Origin: Lama glama
Taxonomy: Eukaryota
Reading direction: 5' to 3'
DNA length: 64,000 bases
Assembly (NCBI GenBank): GCA_028534125.1
Contig: CM052838.1
Location: forward strand, 62,930,001 to 62,994,000
In this document: positions 49,311-61,564 of the stretch, piece after piece
How the letters are laid out: every line of letters starts with the position of its first letter
Position numbering within the stretch: the first letter of the stretch is position 1
Notes under the pieces: generated by a model
The model's input: only the letters and a program-made list of their open reading frames with translations
Databases searched by the model: none
Told to the model about the DNA's origin: nothing
Position numbers and translations under genes: made by a program

Positions 49311-50141
49311 GGTTAGGGAAAGAACAGCCAAATAAATCCAAATAAAATACAAGGAAAGAAGCAACGTAAGGAATAGAAACTTCTGAAATAGAAATAGAAA
49401 AGTAGAGAAGCTTGGTAAAAACCAAAGCTGTTTCTTTGAGAAGACAAAATAGAGAAAATTCTGATGACTGAAAGAAAGAAAAAGCACAAAAAACAGTATC
49501 AAGAGGAAGAAAGAGAAATATTATTAAACGAGTTCATGGCAATACATTTGAAAACCCAGACAACAGAAGTGATTTCCTAGAAAACATTATAACAGCCCTG
49601 ACTTAAAATAATTTAATAGACCTATGGCTATTAAATAATTTGAATTATTAGTTTAAAGTAGATCTGAAAAAACATCTGCTTGGGTGATTTTACAGGCAGA
49701 AACATTTTTGTCTCTAATTAACTCTGCTTCCATTTTCTGATTTCTCTTCTGAGCATGGACTGCATTTCTCTGCTTCTTCCCAAGTCTGGCCATCTTTTGT
49801 TTACATTTGCTCACTGTAAATTTGGTGTCGCTGCATACTGGGTTTTGTTGTCTTCTTTTAAAGAATGTTTGAACTTTTTCTTTTTTTCTCACAAGAAGTT
49901 AAGTTACTTAAGAATCAGTTTGATTATTACAAGGCTTGTTTCTAAACTTTACTAGAGTTGTTTTAGCGTCTGTTCTGCCTTATCTCTGCTCCATAGGTGT
50001 GACGCTTCTGGAGTCTTCTCTGAATACTCTGAGACTTTCCAGTCTCCGTCCTTGCAGCTCTAACATCTGCCAGGCATGTGTGAGTTCTGGGCACAGTTCA
50101 GCTCATGGCTTCTCAGTCAGTCCTTGACTGTCATTGTGGAA

Positions 50142-50262
50142 TCTGTCTGTCTGTCTGTCTGTCTGTCTATATGTATGTCTGTCTGTCTAGCTATATGTCT
50201 GTCTGTCTATCTAGCTATATGTCTGTCTGTCTGTCTATCTGTCTGTCTCTGTCTACCTACCT
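50142..50262. repeat. Compound (TCTG)n/(TCTA)n microsatellite
   Basis: Read directly; it explains the CLSV-repeat ORFs. Confidence 0.95.
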
Positions 50263-53200
50263 AATGGAGCGACACATGCAAGGGCCCTGCTGTGCAGAGT
50301 TCTGGAGGCTTTCTCAGCCCCTTGGTCTCTGGTTCCTTGCCCACACTTGCCAGCTGCCTCAGCCGCATGAGACTCTGATCTTGGATGGCTCTTCCCTGAT
50401 TAGCATCCCCTTTTCTATATCAAACTGAAAAGAGCCTCAAGGTAGGAATTCAGGGGTTTGTGGGGACTACCTTCTTCCTTTCTCTCAGGGTTCACGGTTC
50501 TGAGACGTCTGTTACCCAGGGTCTGAACCAGTTGTTTCATCCATTTTGCCCAGTCTTCTAGGGCTTTTTTTTTTTTTTCCCCGAGGGAAGGATTTCTGTT
50601 GTTGCTTTCATGTGTGATTTTTAAGCAAAGTTTCTGAGATTAAATAAAAGAAATATTATAAACATGCTTTATAAAATTGTATATTTTAGAGTTTGCGCCT
50701 CTGTTACCTGAATTGAGTTTCATCTTCCAGGTGCCTAGTTGCGATGATTTTCTGTTTCTGGGACCTTTTCTGTTCTAAGGTTCTTAAATATAAAAGAATT
50801 GGCCTTGAGGTGACAATCTGATTAAACTGATCTGATCATTTCCAAGAATAAAATCTGAGTCTTCTAGTTTGGATATGTTGAAAGGATACATACCATCCAG
50901 GTTGCTCCACTACATCCTTATAAAAATGCTTTGACTTTAGGACACTGATTTGTGTATTTCCCTATACTGACAGATTAAAAAGAAAGAATGCATAACAATT
51001 TCAATAAATGCAGAGAACGTTTTGATAAAAACTAATGATAAAGATGTTTTATCAAACTGGTAACAAAAAAGGATTCAACTAGAAAATGGCACCTATCAAA
51101 ATCATACAGTAAACTTCATGTTTAACAGGTAACCGTTCTTTCAGAAACACGAGTAAGAGAAACATGCCACCGTCCTAATTTCCACTAAACGTTGCAACTA
51201 ACACAATCAAACAGAAAAGTATGAGGCCAGGAGACATAAGAATCGGAAAGGAAGAAACAAAACCGTCATTATTTGCAGATGATATGATTGTATACATAGA
51301 AACCCCAAAAACTCTATAGACAAATAATTAGAATAAAAACCATGGCAAATTTACTAGAAATAAGATCAATGTACATAAATCAGTTCTTTCCTACACACCA
51401 GCAATAAGCAACCAAGAATGTAATTTTCAAGGTAACATTTATTAATAGCACAAAACTATAGTGAAGTCGGCAGAACAGAAAAGTAAAAAACCTTATTGAT
51501 TAAATGTTACCCACTAAAATGAGCTAGCCTTCTTTGAAAAATTGCCATTTCTTAGTCTGAGGAGCAGATGGTTAGAACAAATACAAGAAAAGCCTAGAAG
51601 AGTGTGTTGTTGTCAGAAATCATATAAATGGTCAAAATTATTAGGACAGATCAGCAGAAATGGGAGGGAGCTTAGATTTAAAGTTGTACAAATGTGGGTC
51701 AGTTTGAAGGTCACCAAATGTGCCATTTTTACTTTCAAAAAGTATCATCTTTACTTACTTTTTGTAAAGATGGGAATGGATTGTAACAGTTGGGTCAAAA
51801 AAGAAACTCATGTGTTCATGATGATAAGTAAGAAAAAGAGGCAAGTTAGGAAAGGATCCAAGTTCCTCAGCACCAACGATGGCCAGCTAATAATGGCAGG
51901 AAGAACCCTAAAACTAAGCACAGTGTTTTGCAACCACCAATGCAACCGACGCGGGCGAAGACCGTGAACGTATACCAGAGGGTTTGGGTACAGGTGTACG
52001 GTCAGGTGGCTTAGAATATCATCCCACACGTTGCTTCCTAATTAAAAAGAGGACGACGCTTCTTTCCAAGAACTAGAAGTAGCAAACTAACTTAAACAAG
52101 TGGTCAAACTTAGCATCACTAATAACAAAGCAGGCTGACTCTTTGTGGCTCTTTCTGTGTCATTTTCCAGCCAACAAAGTTTAAGCTAATCATGAGGAAA
52201 TCATCATAGATTGTGGGACACTCAGCAGTACCACTGGCCTGGACGGGGACACACGGAAAGCATTAGTGCCACGAATGGCAAAAGGGAAATACTAGTACCG
52301 GAACGTTGTAGTTTGAAATAAGCAAATACCATGTTAACCCAAATGCAATGAGTAATACTTGATTAGATGCAGGATGAAGGAAAGCAGCTCTTGAGGGCGT
52401 GTTGTGGACAATAGAGAAATGTCACCACGAACTACATATCAGGTAATATTTAATTAGGTTCAATGTCTCGGTTTTGATAACAGCGCTGTGAATATGTAGA
52501 AGAAGGTTCGCTTTCATAGGAAATAAGTGCAGATCATCTGGGGAAAGACGGGTCATGATTTCTGCAACTTGCTTTCTGATTGTTCGTTAAAAGTGAATAT
52601 ATGGTCAAATTCTGATAATTGATGAATTTGGGTGGAGACTACGTGAGTATCCGTTATACTATTTTTTTCAGTTTTTCTGTATTTTTAGAAAAATTGGAAA
52701 TGAAAGACTTAGAGAAAAGGACATAAAACTGATAGGAAAAGAAAACTCAGTCTTAATGAAGAAAATAATCAAACTTATTGGAAGGCATAAAAATAGAACT
52801 AAATATTCCATATTCGTAGATGGGAAAACCCAGTATCTTAAAGGCAGCAAGTCTACCCAAATTATTTCTGAGAAAAATTCTGGTATGATAGTTTGTGGGA
52901 GCCGGTTAACCTGATCCTAATGTTTATAAAGAGAAACGGCAAGGTAGTGTTGAAGAAGAGCAATGTAGGACTCCCTCTGCCTGCTTTGAGACTGCTGATG
53001 AAGTTTTGGTAACTAAGGCTCGGAGGCAGGTCCTGAGGGTCCGTGCGGAGAGCCCAGAGCCCCCCCTGTCCTGGGGACCTTCTGCACTGGAGTGGGGTGC
53101 TGTGAACTAGCTAAAGAGATGGCTGCATACCTGGAGCTGTGTCCATTGGCTCTTCCCAGGGAAAACAAATATGAAATTAGATCCGTCCTTTAGACACATA

Positions 53201-53849
53201 CAAAGATAAATTCCAGCAGAATTAAAGACTCCCATACAAAAACTGAAACTTGGTAACTTCTGGAAGAAAATCTTGGGACATGTTTTCATGGCTTTGGAGC
53301 AGGAAAGGATTTCTTAAGCAAAATATGGAAACCACAGGCCAGAAAGAAAGCAACGATTGACACATCCATTTGACCAATGTTTTTGAAAGAGTAGGATACT
53401 GCACTATAAAGAAAATAAAAGCTAAGACAAAGACTAGGAGCAAACACTTGTAATGTATATACCAGAATGCTTAAAGAATATCTAAAAAACAATTACAAAA
53501 ATATGAACAACCCAATCGTAAAATGGGCAAGTGGCCTGAAGAGATCATTTGTTGCAAAGAAATACAAATCACGAACACACCTGTGGAAGGTGTTAGGCTG
53601 GAAAGTGGGTGATGCGAAGGGAAACGCTGAGACACTGTGGGCACCGAGTCATAGCGCGGAGTGTTGGGGAGGCAGGGAGTGAAGGAGGCCCTGGGGCAGT
53701 GTAAATTGTTACAGCCACAGGGAAGAAAAATGTGGCAGCAGGTAGCCCTGTTGATGATACATGCAGAGGGGAGGCGGTGGCCAGGAAGGCCCACTTCTGT
53801 ACAGAACCCAGAGAAGCTCGTCCCGTGGCCCGGGATGGGCACAGCACAG

Positions 53850-54305
53850 ACTTGGAGAACCCCAACAAATGTAAGCGAAAACCACTGTTAACACAGAGTT
53901 TATAAAATGTACGTGTCATGGACATCCGCACGGCAGGTAGGGAACTGGCAGAGGTCCCGGGACCTGCAGTCGGGAAGCTGTAGACCCGTGGAGCACACAC
54001 TCTGAGTGTGAAGGCCTGAGCACAGATGGCTCCAGTCCAAGTCCAACCCAAGTCCAAAGGCGGGGGAGGACCACCATCTTGGCCGCGAGACAGGCAGGCA
54101 GAGAGGGCGTTCTCTCTTCCTCCGCCTTTTCCTTCTATTCAGACCTTCAGTGGGTTGGATGCGTCCCACCTACAATGAGGGCTTTACCCGACCTACCAAT
54201 TCAAAGGTTAGTCACGTCCAGAAACACCTTCACAGATGCACCCGGAATAACGTTTACCCAAAGAGCTGGGCACCAGGCAAGCTGACATGCAGAGTTACCG
54301 ATCAT
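53850..54305 (-). mobile_element. ERVL LTR (MLT2C/D-like)
   Basis: ttctattcagaccttcagtgggttggatgcgtcccacc..ccaattcaaaggttagtcacgtccagaaacaccttcacaga..caagctgacat. Confidence 0.85.
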
Positions 54306-56199
54306 TCTGTCTGTCTGTCTTTCTTCTACCTGTCTGTCTCCTTCTATCTACCTGCCTACCTACCTACCAAGCCATCCCTGTGATGAGCACCATACAGAGA
54401 GATGGCGCCTTGTCCTGCCAGTGCGGCAGAGGATTCGGGCCAGTGAGGCTGTCAGCAGAGCCTCCCGGGGAGGGGCGTCTGCACCGGGAGGGGGGGCGGG
54501 GGGGCTGAGAGGGAAGGGAGTGAGCGCTTCCCAGGAAAGGACCGCAGGCAGAAGGATGGGAGTCCTGGCGCCTCCGGTGGCCCTTGCCTTCATTCCTGAG
54601 CATTCAAGGTGAGCGTCTGACAGCTGTTTTTCTCCTGGGATCCCTGGGTTGCAGAGTGGAGCAGCCCTGGGCGGCTGGCTGGATCTCAGTGTGCGGAGCA
54701 GCCCCTGGGCTCCCGGGCACCATGGCGGTGTCGGAAGGACCCCCTTTGTCTGCGGCACTGAGTGGTGCCACCTCCTTGCCTGGGGAGCAGTCTCGGCTGT
54801 GTGGCTGGCTTACTGCACATTCTGTTTGCAAGGCCGGTCCTCTCATGGCCTGAAACAAAGGATGAGGGTGGTGCTGGCTCTTGTGCGGGGCGGTGTCTGC
54901 CTCCCACACCCCACCAGGAGCACAGCACCTTGCTGTTTGGCGCCTTCTGTAGCGCCTGCTTCGACATGGAATGAAGACACCTCAACACAGGAACCCCTAA
55001 AACCAGCCATTGCATTACGCTCCCCAGTGTCTGCAAAACAGCCCTGATTCTCTCACGGTTCATAGCAGACTCTGCAAACAGAGGCCTGCAAGGAATTCTT
55101 CAGAGCTGACTTGAGTTCATCGTCATGACCCCTGCTTCCTTTTATTGTAGTTCTGCACAAGGTCCCCTCCGTGTCCGGCTGCAAACAGGTGAGACCTGTG
55201 CTGGTCTAAGATGATGCTTTCTTTCTGAGAAGCCCCTTTGGTTGGCCTTTATACGAGAGCAGGAGGTACCTGGCAGCCAGCACGTGGCCAGTGAGTGAAA
55301 ACAACAGACCCCTTTCTGGGCCTGGGCTCTGCTTCCAGCATCAGATCCACCCCAAGACCTGGAGGACGCTGGGGCTGTAAGTTGGAGCTTGTCATTTTGC
55401 TGGGAAAGGGATATGGTGAGGCAGCAGTTAAAGAAAAAGGGAAGTCCCCCCCCAAGACCTTAACGAGACACAAGCGTCTGAAAACCTCACTGAAGAAGCT
55501 CACAGACTCGACCTTTGCTCACAAGCCGTCGGACCTTCAGAAGATCTCCCAGGTGGAGGAGGGTCTGGTCCCACGTGGATCCTCTTGCGCATCACGTGGG
55601 TATCATCGTTGGGTGAGTCACTCCACCTCTGTGAGCACAGAGTTGCCATCCACAGAGACGGAACACGAAGACCCACTGGGACCCCGGGACACTAATCAAA
55701 TTGTCATCAGTATCAGCCACGTGTCCACGTCCGTGGAATATTTTCCTCCTTTGCTTGTCCTTTTTTTTTTAATCCAAAGCAACTTCTGGTTGGACAACAG
55801 ACAGTTTGCAAGGATATATTCAGGTGAGAGCTTAGGAGACAAAACATTTCTCGAATGAGCCCTGACCCCCGGGTCTTCCCCCTGGAACATGCCCAGGAGT
55901 TGAACGCCCTCCAGGACCCACGCAGCTCTTGCGGGTAACGCCAGGCGCTCTCTGCAGTGGCATCTGTGGTCCCTCTCCTTCATGTCCTTTTTCCTAATCG
56001 AAGATCTGCTTGCAATGGCTGCTGTGAGTCACATCTGTCACCTTGTCTGACATCCCAAGTGGAGGAAATGGGAAATCCTTTCAAAGAGCTGGGACTAAAC
56101 TCCTCTGACAGCCCCCACCCGCTCTGTTCTAGCTCCCAGGAGCCCCCCCTTCCTTTCCTGGTCCCCCTGAAAGCTTTGAAATCAACTGCGAAACCACAG

Positions 56200-56700
56200 A
56201 TGGCAGGGGAAATAAAATATAGTTCTAATTTTCATATTTATTTATAAAGATTTAAACTTGTTTTCCTGCAGCCCTGCAGCAAGCTTAACTCTGTTCTCTA
56301 AAAACTACTGGAAAATGACATTTTAATTTTTTTTTGAAAAACTGGATTATGGATAACAGAACATGCAGCGAAAGGAGTCATTAAAATGCATATTGTAAAA
56401 TTGAAACTTAAGTGTCAAGTTTTTATAGCAGTCTGTCAAATGCTTGACAATTAAAATAGCTATTTTTAAAATTTTAATGAGACACAATAAGGGTGAAATG
56501 TGCAGGGAGATTGCACATTTTCAATACTGCGCATTTTTAGCATAACAAGTCCATTCTATATCATTACTGTAATGCCCCATTTGTAAAATTCACCATCCAT
56601 TTTTAATTAAATTAGTGTATGTCATTTATTATGGGCATTATATTTATTAATCTTTAATATTTAATTTAAGATGACTTATCTGAGTAAAAGACAACTTAGT
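56200..56700. promoter_or_regulatory. Strong candidate conserved non-coding enhancer (AT-rich, TALE/homeodomain motifs)
   Basis: TGTCA 56413, inverted pair TGTCAA-atgc-TTGACA 56434-56449, TCATTAAAA, TTAATTAAATTAG, TGTCATTTATTATGG. Confidence 0.5.
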
Positions 56701-58629
56701 GCAACCAAGGAGACCCCTTAGAAGTGATGGCTTTGCTGTTCTGAAGGCAGTGAATATGCTTCAGTCCTCATTTTTTATGGCTGAAGCTTGGGCCAGTTTA
56801 GACGTGTCCCTCCCCTTCTGTTCCAGGATACAGGCAAGTGGGCCTCAGGACTTTTCAGCTTCTGTTGTTCCGAGTCCTGCTGCTTGTGTTTGTTTGAAAT
56901 AACCAGAATCCCTCATTCTCTTCTCATTGGTAAGTTTCCTAAATTCTTCCATGAGCAACGTCTCACCTTTTCTGTCCTCTTTTGCATCGAAACGACTGTT
57001 CCGTTTTTGATGGTCAGAGGGCGGTTCATTGAAGACTTAACATGACAGCCTGTTAGACGTGTCGTTTTGTTGCAACCTGGCTTCAGGGGCTCCTGTCCGT
57101 GCAGCAGAGAGGGCCTGAACTGACCCTTCCAGCCGCACGGGGGACAAATGGGGTCATCCTTCAACACCAGTAACGTCTCTCCTTGTCAAAGAGGTTAGAC
57201 CCTGGCTCGTTACTTAGAAATGCATTTAGAATCCTGGCTTGGTTGAGGTGAAAATGATGGGAAGATTCAGTGGTGGCTGGTAGGATGCTGTTGGGGAACG
57301 AGTCGAATGAAGATTACATTTACTTCTCCTTCCTTATTCCTTCATCTGGTAAACAGAGGAGAACGTGTGCATAGGCATGCAAAAGTGTGTGCACGTGTGT
57401 ACGCATGTGTGTGCATGCATACATGTATGCGTGTGCCTCTGTGATCTAAAAGAACCACAGAGGCTGGGGACATCCAGGGTCATCTGACTGTGCTGCAACC
57501 CCCACGGGTGTGCTGCGGAGTTCCCTGGGGAGGTCCTGGGGCTGTACCCCTGAGACCACGGTCATGCTTGAGACCAACTTCAGATTAAAGACAGAACCTC
57601 GGTACCTTCGCCTCAGCGTCACGTGGACCCCTCAGCACAGCTCCTGCTCCAGGTGAAGTGGTGCTTCACAACGTAATCATCTCCGTGAAGGAACGGCACA
57701 GGCCAAGGAGCCTAAGGAAGCAGAGGCCTCACGTTCACGAAAATACCGGCAGGCTACCAAAACCAAGGGGGCAGGCACACCCGCAGCCAGTGCCAGCCTC
57801 CCGCCTGCCGTGTCCAGTGACGCATCAGACTGAGGTCTCAGACTTTGCCGACTTCACTCAGGGAGCTGAAAGCACACTGTAATTATTTCCAAAGAAAGGT
57901 AACTTATTTTGTAAATATGATCATTAGAGTGATTTGCATTTGCTGTGTTTAACTCAGCACATTAATGGATAGTTACATATTCATTTGCTTCCAGGGAAAA
58001 TGTTGCACTTGCAAACTGCCATTGTTCTCTGAATCTGTGAATAGCTCGGGGTTCGCAGGAGCCAAGATTCCGCGTTTATCTTCAGTTTCATTTCCTCTGG
58101 GTAACAAGACTCCCTGTGAGGGAGTGAAGGTGGAAAGTGGTTACAGTTTGTAACTGGGCTTTGGTGTAAACGGGAAAGCTGACTATTACCATCTGCAGCG
58201 CGACTGGGACACTCCAGGCCTCTTCGCTGGGGAGGAGCTGAAAATAAATAATCGCGAGGCCGGTACGCTCACCTCATCTCTTCATTTCTGGCTGGTGACT
58301 TTTGGGTCAGATCCGTGGAGGGCCCGTCAGTCCCATGTCAGCAGCAACGATACCTCCAAGTATGGCCTCCAAGACCTGGTGGCCCGCCACGTGCACAGAC
58401 TTGAATCCTGGATCCATCTCAGACGTTCAAGCACAGAACTTTGGCCACGGGGACGTGCAGAGCGGGCTTCTGCATAGGACTTCGGCGTGGGTTCCAGGCA
58501 TTGTCCATTGGAGGAGAGACCTGGAGGTCCCAGGGCTGAGCGACAGAGAGAAAACCAAGTGAGAAACCGAGTGCGAGCAGGACCCAGTGACGGCGTCAAG
58601 AAGTCTCAGCCACTTGTGGAGGAGGGAGG

Positions 58630-58910
58630 CACCAGACAAATTGATAATGAAAAAGCATAGCCAGAGGAATTGGGAAGATAAAACAAATGGGGCCATCTTG
58701 TGCGGGGACAAGGGGCCCCACCCACGGCAGCAGCTCCTGAGCGCGCCCTGCAAACCGCAGCTCAGCGCGCTGATCGATGGGCCTAATTGCGGCCTTGTCA
58801 TTAGGGGCAGTTGGATGATGTTCATACTCCGCTTAATTATGTTGTTCTTTGTAGGGGCACATATGCTACCTTTTACAAAGTTTCCCATACAAATGGCTAC
58901 AATGGTCTAA
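58630..58910. promoter_or_regulatory. Candidate conserved non-coding element
   Basis: AATTGATAATGA, GATCGAT, CCTAATTG, TGTCATTAG, TTAATTATG, CTTTGT/ACAAAG/ACAAT (SOX-like). Confidence 0.4.
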
Positions 58911-59109
58911 GTTCCGGATGTTACTCAGAAACCTCAGTTATCCAGAAAACCAATTTCTCTGCCCCACCTCCTTTCCCAGAGAAGACACATGAAAGAGACC
59001 TCTTTGGAGCTCGGTATGAATTCATTGGCTCTGGACAAGCATCAGAGGGATGAGAAGGCTCTGCCAGTGGGCAGAGACAAATGTTTCAGGGGTCGCGAAA
59101 TACCACCCA

Positions 59110-59572
59110 CATCAATCAGCCCTTTCTTAGCAACAGAACCCAGATTTTATTTAGGGTGACAATGTGCCCAGGTGAAAAGCTATTTTCTCAACTTTTCTGT
59201 TCCGGCTAATGAGATACACGTGGTAGTGTTGGGAGGGAAGGCTGTTAAAGAGTGTTGACCTAGCTGGGAGATGAGTCTGTGTTTTCTCTTTCTCCTCTTC
59301 CTCTTCCTCTTCCTGATCATTGGAATGTAGACGTAAAGGTTGGCACTCTGGCAGCCATGTGGGACCACTAGGTGAACTTGAAAATGGAAGCTAGGTGCTG
59401 AGGATGACAGCAGAAAGACAAGATCTTAGGTCCTTGATGGCTTTAGGAATCTGTCGAACCAGTCTTGAACTGCTTTCTTTTCAACTTAAATAAGAAACAA
59501 AAAACTCATGAATTACAGCCCCCAGTACTATGGATTCCGTTTTCACTGAAGCAGAATCCAATCCTAACTAAC
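59110..59572 (+). mobile_element. Old MaLR LTR (MLT1H-J-like)
   Basis: tagcaacagaacccagattttatttaggg..ggaatgtagacgtaaaggttggc..gcagccatgtgggaccac..gcagaatccaatcctaactaaca. Confidence 0.75.
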
Positions 59573-61299
59573 ATAATAAGTCACTGGATTCGTGGCCTCT
59601 CTTACGTCTTCTCTGCTTCTAGGAGCAGGTAGAGAGGGGAGGCACAGAGGGGGCTGCTGGATGCTGGTGCTCCCAGCAGTGGTAGGGACGAGAGAGCACG
59701 AGAGAGCTCAGGAGCACAGATGAGGAGGCCAGAGGGCGGAAATCTGGGCAGAAGACTCTGGAAAGTAGGACCAGAAAAAGATTGAAAAGGAGGTGAGGGA
59801 GAGCATGTGGCAACTCCCTCTGAGCGGAACAGGGGCTCCCTGGGGACATTAGTCCAGGGCTCTGGGGCATCCACCCACAGGGGAGCAGATCTGAAGCAGG
59901 GAGCCTGCCCGATACTTGCGTTCATGTTGAGTAGAGAGGTCTTTTTCTTCCCCTTCTCATTTATTCAGAGCAGTCACACGTGCATGAGTTCATTTACGCT
60001 CATGTCCACGCTGTTAGAGTAAGGTGGGACTCAGAGGGGTCAAGTGTTTGGTTCAAGGTCACACGCGCCTTCTGCTGTAGGCCCCGCGTCCCTTCCTCTC
60101 CGTCCCCACTGCCTCATTCATTCACGAGGCTCAGCTCTGCGAGGACTTCCCACTGGAGAGGGAGCCAGCAAGCGCTCCCAACAAATCGTTTTTTGATACA
60201 GGTAGAGGGAGAGGGCGCGATTCACCCGACTTTACACCCGAGCAGAGCACAGGCTTTCCGGTCTGCAGAAACCCGACCCGGAGACGGAGAGGGCACTGCA
60301 GAGCTGGGGCCGCCGGCACAGGGCAGGCCACTCTGTCTGCTCTCCTCGTGTCCCGGGCTGTCCTCAGACACGGGCGGACATCCTGGGTGACCTGCAGGGG
60401 CCAGGGTGAGGAGAAGGAGAGGGCCTGGGACGTCGGCACCAACCTCCCCCCTGGGGGACCCTGGAAGGTGTCTGTGCTGGTGAACCAGGGTTTAGGAAGA
60501 CAGCCCAGCTGCCACGGGGTGGTGTTTCTGGGCACAGGTTTGGAATTGAACATGCACTTAGGAGCCCTCCCAAGAGAAGACGTGGGCAGAGAAGCACTTG
60601 CTAACAAATTGGTATGTGAGTTTATTTATTTATTCATCATCCCACTTACTGAGCACCCATCCTAATCAAGGCCTAGGGGGCACAGGAGAGAGAATTCTGG
60701 CCCGTCACCTGCTCCCCAGGCAGCTTTGGGTGTGTCACCTTCTGTGGACCTCAGTGCCCCATTCTTCCAGCCTTGATTCTCTGCAAAACCCCTGGCACAA
60801 ATAACGGTGAGTGCTTTGAGCACTCTGTCCCTGGGACTCTGTATTGGCCACAGGGACGCTGGGCCTCAGCTCAACTCCACCGGGGGCCACATTGCCACCT
60901 CACCACCCCAAGAAGGAGGCACCTTCCACCCTCTGCTCTCCCTGGTCCATCCCCAGAGAGGCAGTGAGAAGAGGTCTTGGGGAGGAGGAGGGCCTGTGTA
61001 GAGGGGCCCTGACCCTGACCTTGTCCTTGTCAGGCCCAGGGATTATGGGAGGGAAACGCCAGGCTGCTTTAAGTAGAGCTCTTCCTCCTGGGCCATAGGA
61101 AGGTGAAGGAAGACAGCAGCTCTGTGTGTCGCTGGCCGGTGCCGGACCCTGTCACACAGCCCTGCACAGCGGGGCTAAGCACTAGTCAGCTCGGGTTCTG
61201 ACGCTGATACTGTTTAATAGGTTAAGGAATGAAAACCAGAACATTTTAAAAGACAGGCTCGACGGAACAGAAGGATTGTGTGAGTGAAGGCTGAGAGCA

Positions 61300-61485
61300 G
61301 AGGCTGGCAGGGCCTGAATCCCAGCTGCTTCACTTCTCTGGGCCTGCCTCTAACCTGGGGGGATGACGATGACAATGAGAGCAATGCCAACAGCCTTGCT
61401 GGTCATAAGGATTTAAAGTGTCATCAGTGTAAAGTGTTTAGGACAGGGTCCCAGCATAGCGTATCAACATGAGCTGGTTGTTGTC
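61300..61485 (+). mobile_element. MIR
   Basis: ctgaatcccagct..cacttctctgggcct..ataaggatttaaa..tgtaaagtgtttaggacagggtcccagcatag. Confidence 0.7.
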
Positions 61486-61564
61486 ACCATCCTCAGCATC
61501 ACCATCCTCATCATCACCATCCTCAGCATCATCACCTCACCATCATCCTCAGCAGCAGCATCAT
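61486..61564. repeat. (CAT/CAC/CAG)n trinucleotide repeat at the MIR tail
   Basis: Read directly. Confidence 0.9.

Larger units (their letters stand above)
46670..53880 (+). mobile_element. Nested cluster of old L1M elements (host L1 ORF2 interrupted by other L1 pieces)
   Basis: EN-region 46950-47700; LFADDMIVYIETPK with FADD at 51272-51283; ORF2 C-terminal remnants 52720-53880; internal 3'UTRs ending ~49310 and ~52710; antisense piece 49700-50550. Confidence 0.85.

Noticed and set aside
50076-50428. ORFs with CLSV/SVCL repeats
   Set aside because: These are translations of the (TCTG)/(TCTA) microsatellite.
55295-55858. 187-aa ORF with Lys-rich segments
   Set aside because: Non-ATG start and no recognisable family; within chance expectation.
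57365-57437. Alternating purine-pyrimidine tract (Z-DNA potential; similar at ~28540-28617 and ~39430-39480)
   Set aside because: Common decayed (TG/CA)n-type low-complexity sequence with no sign of function.
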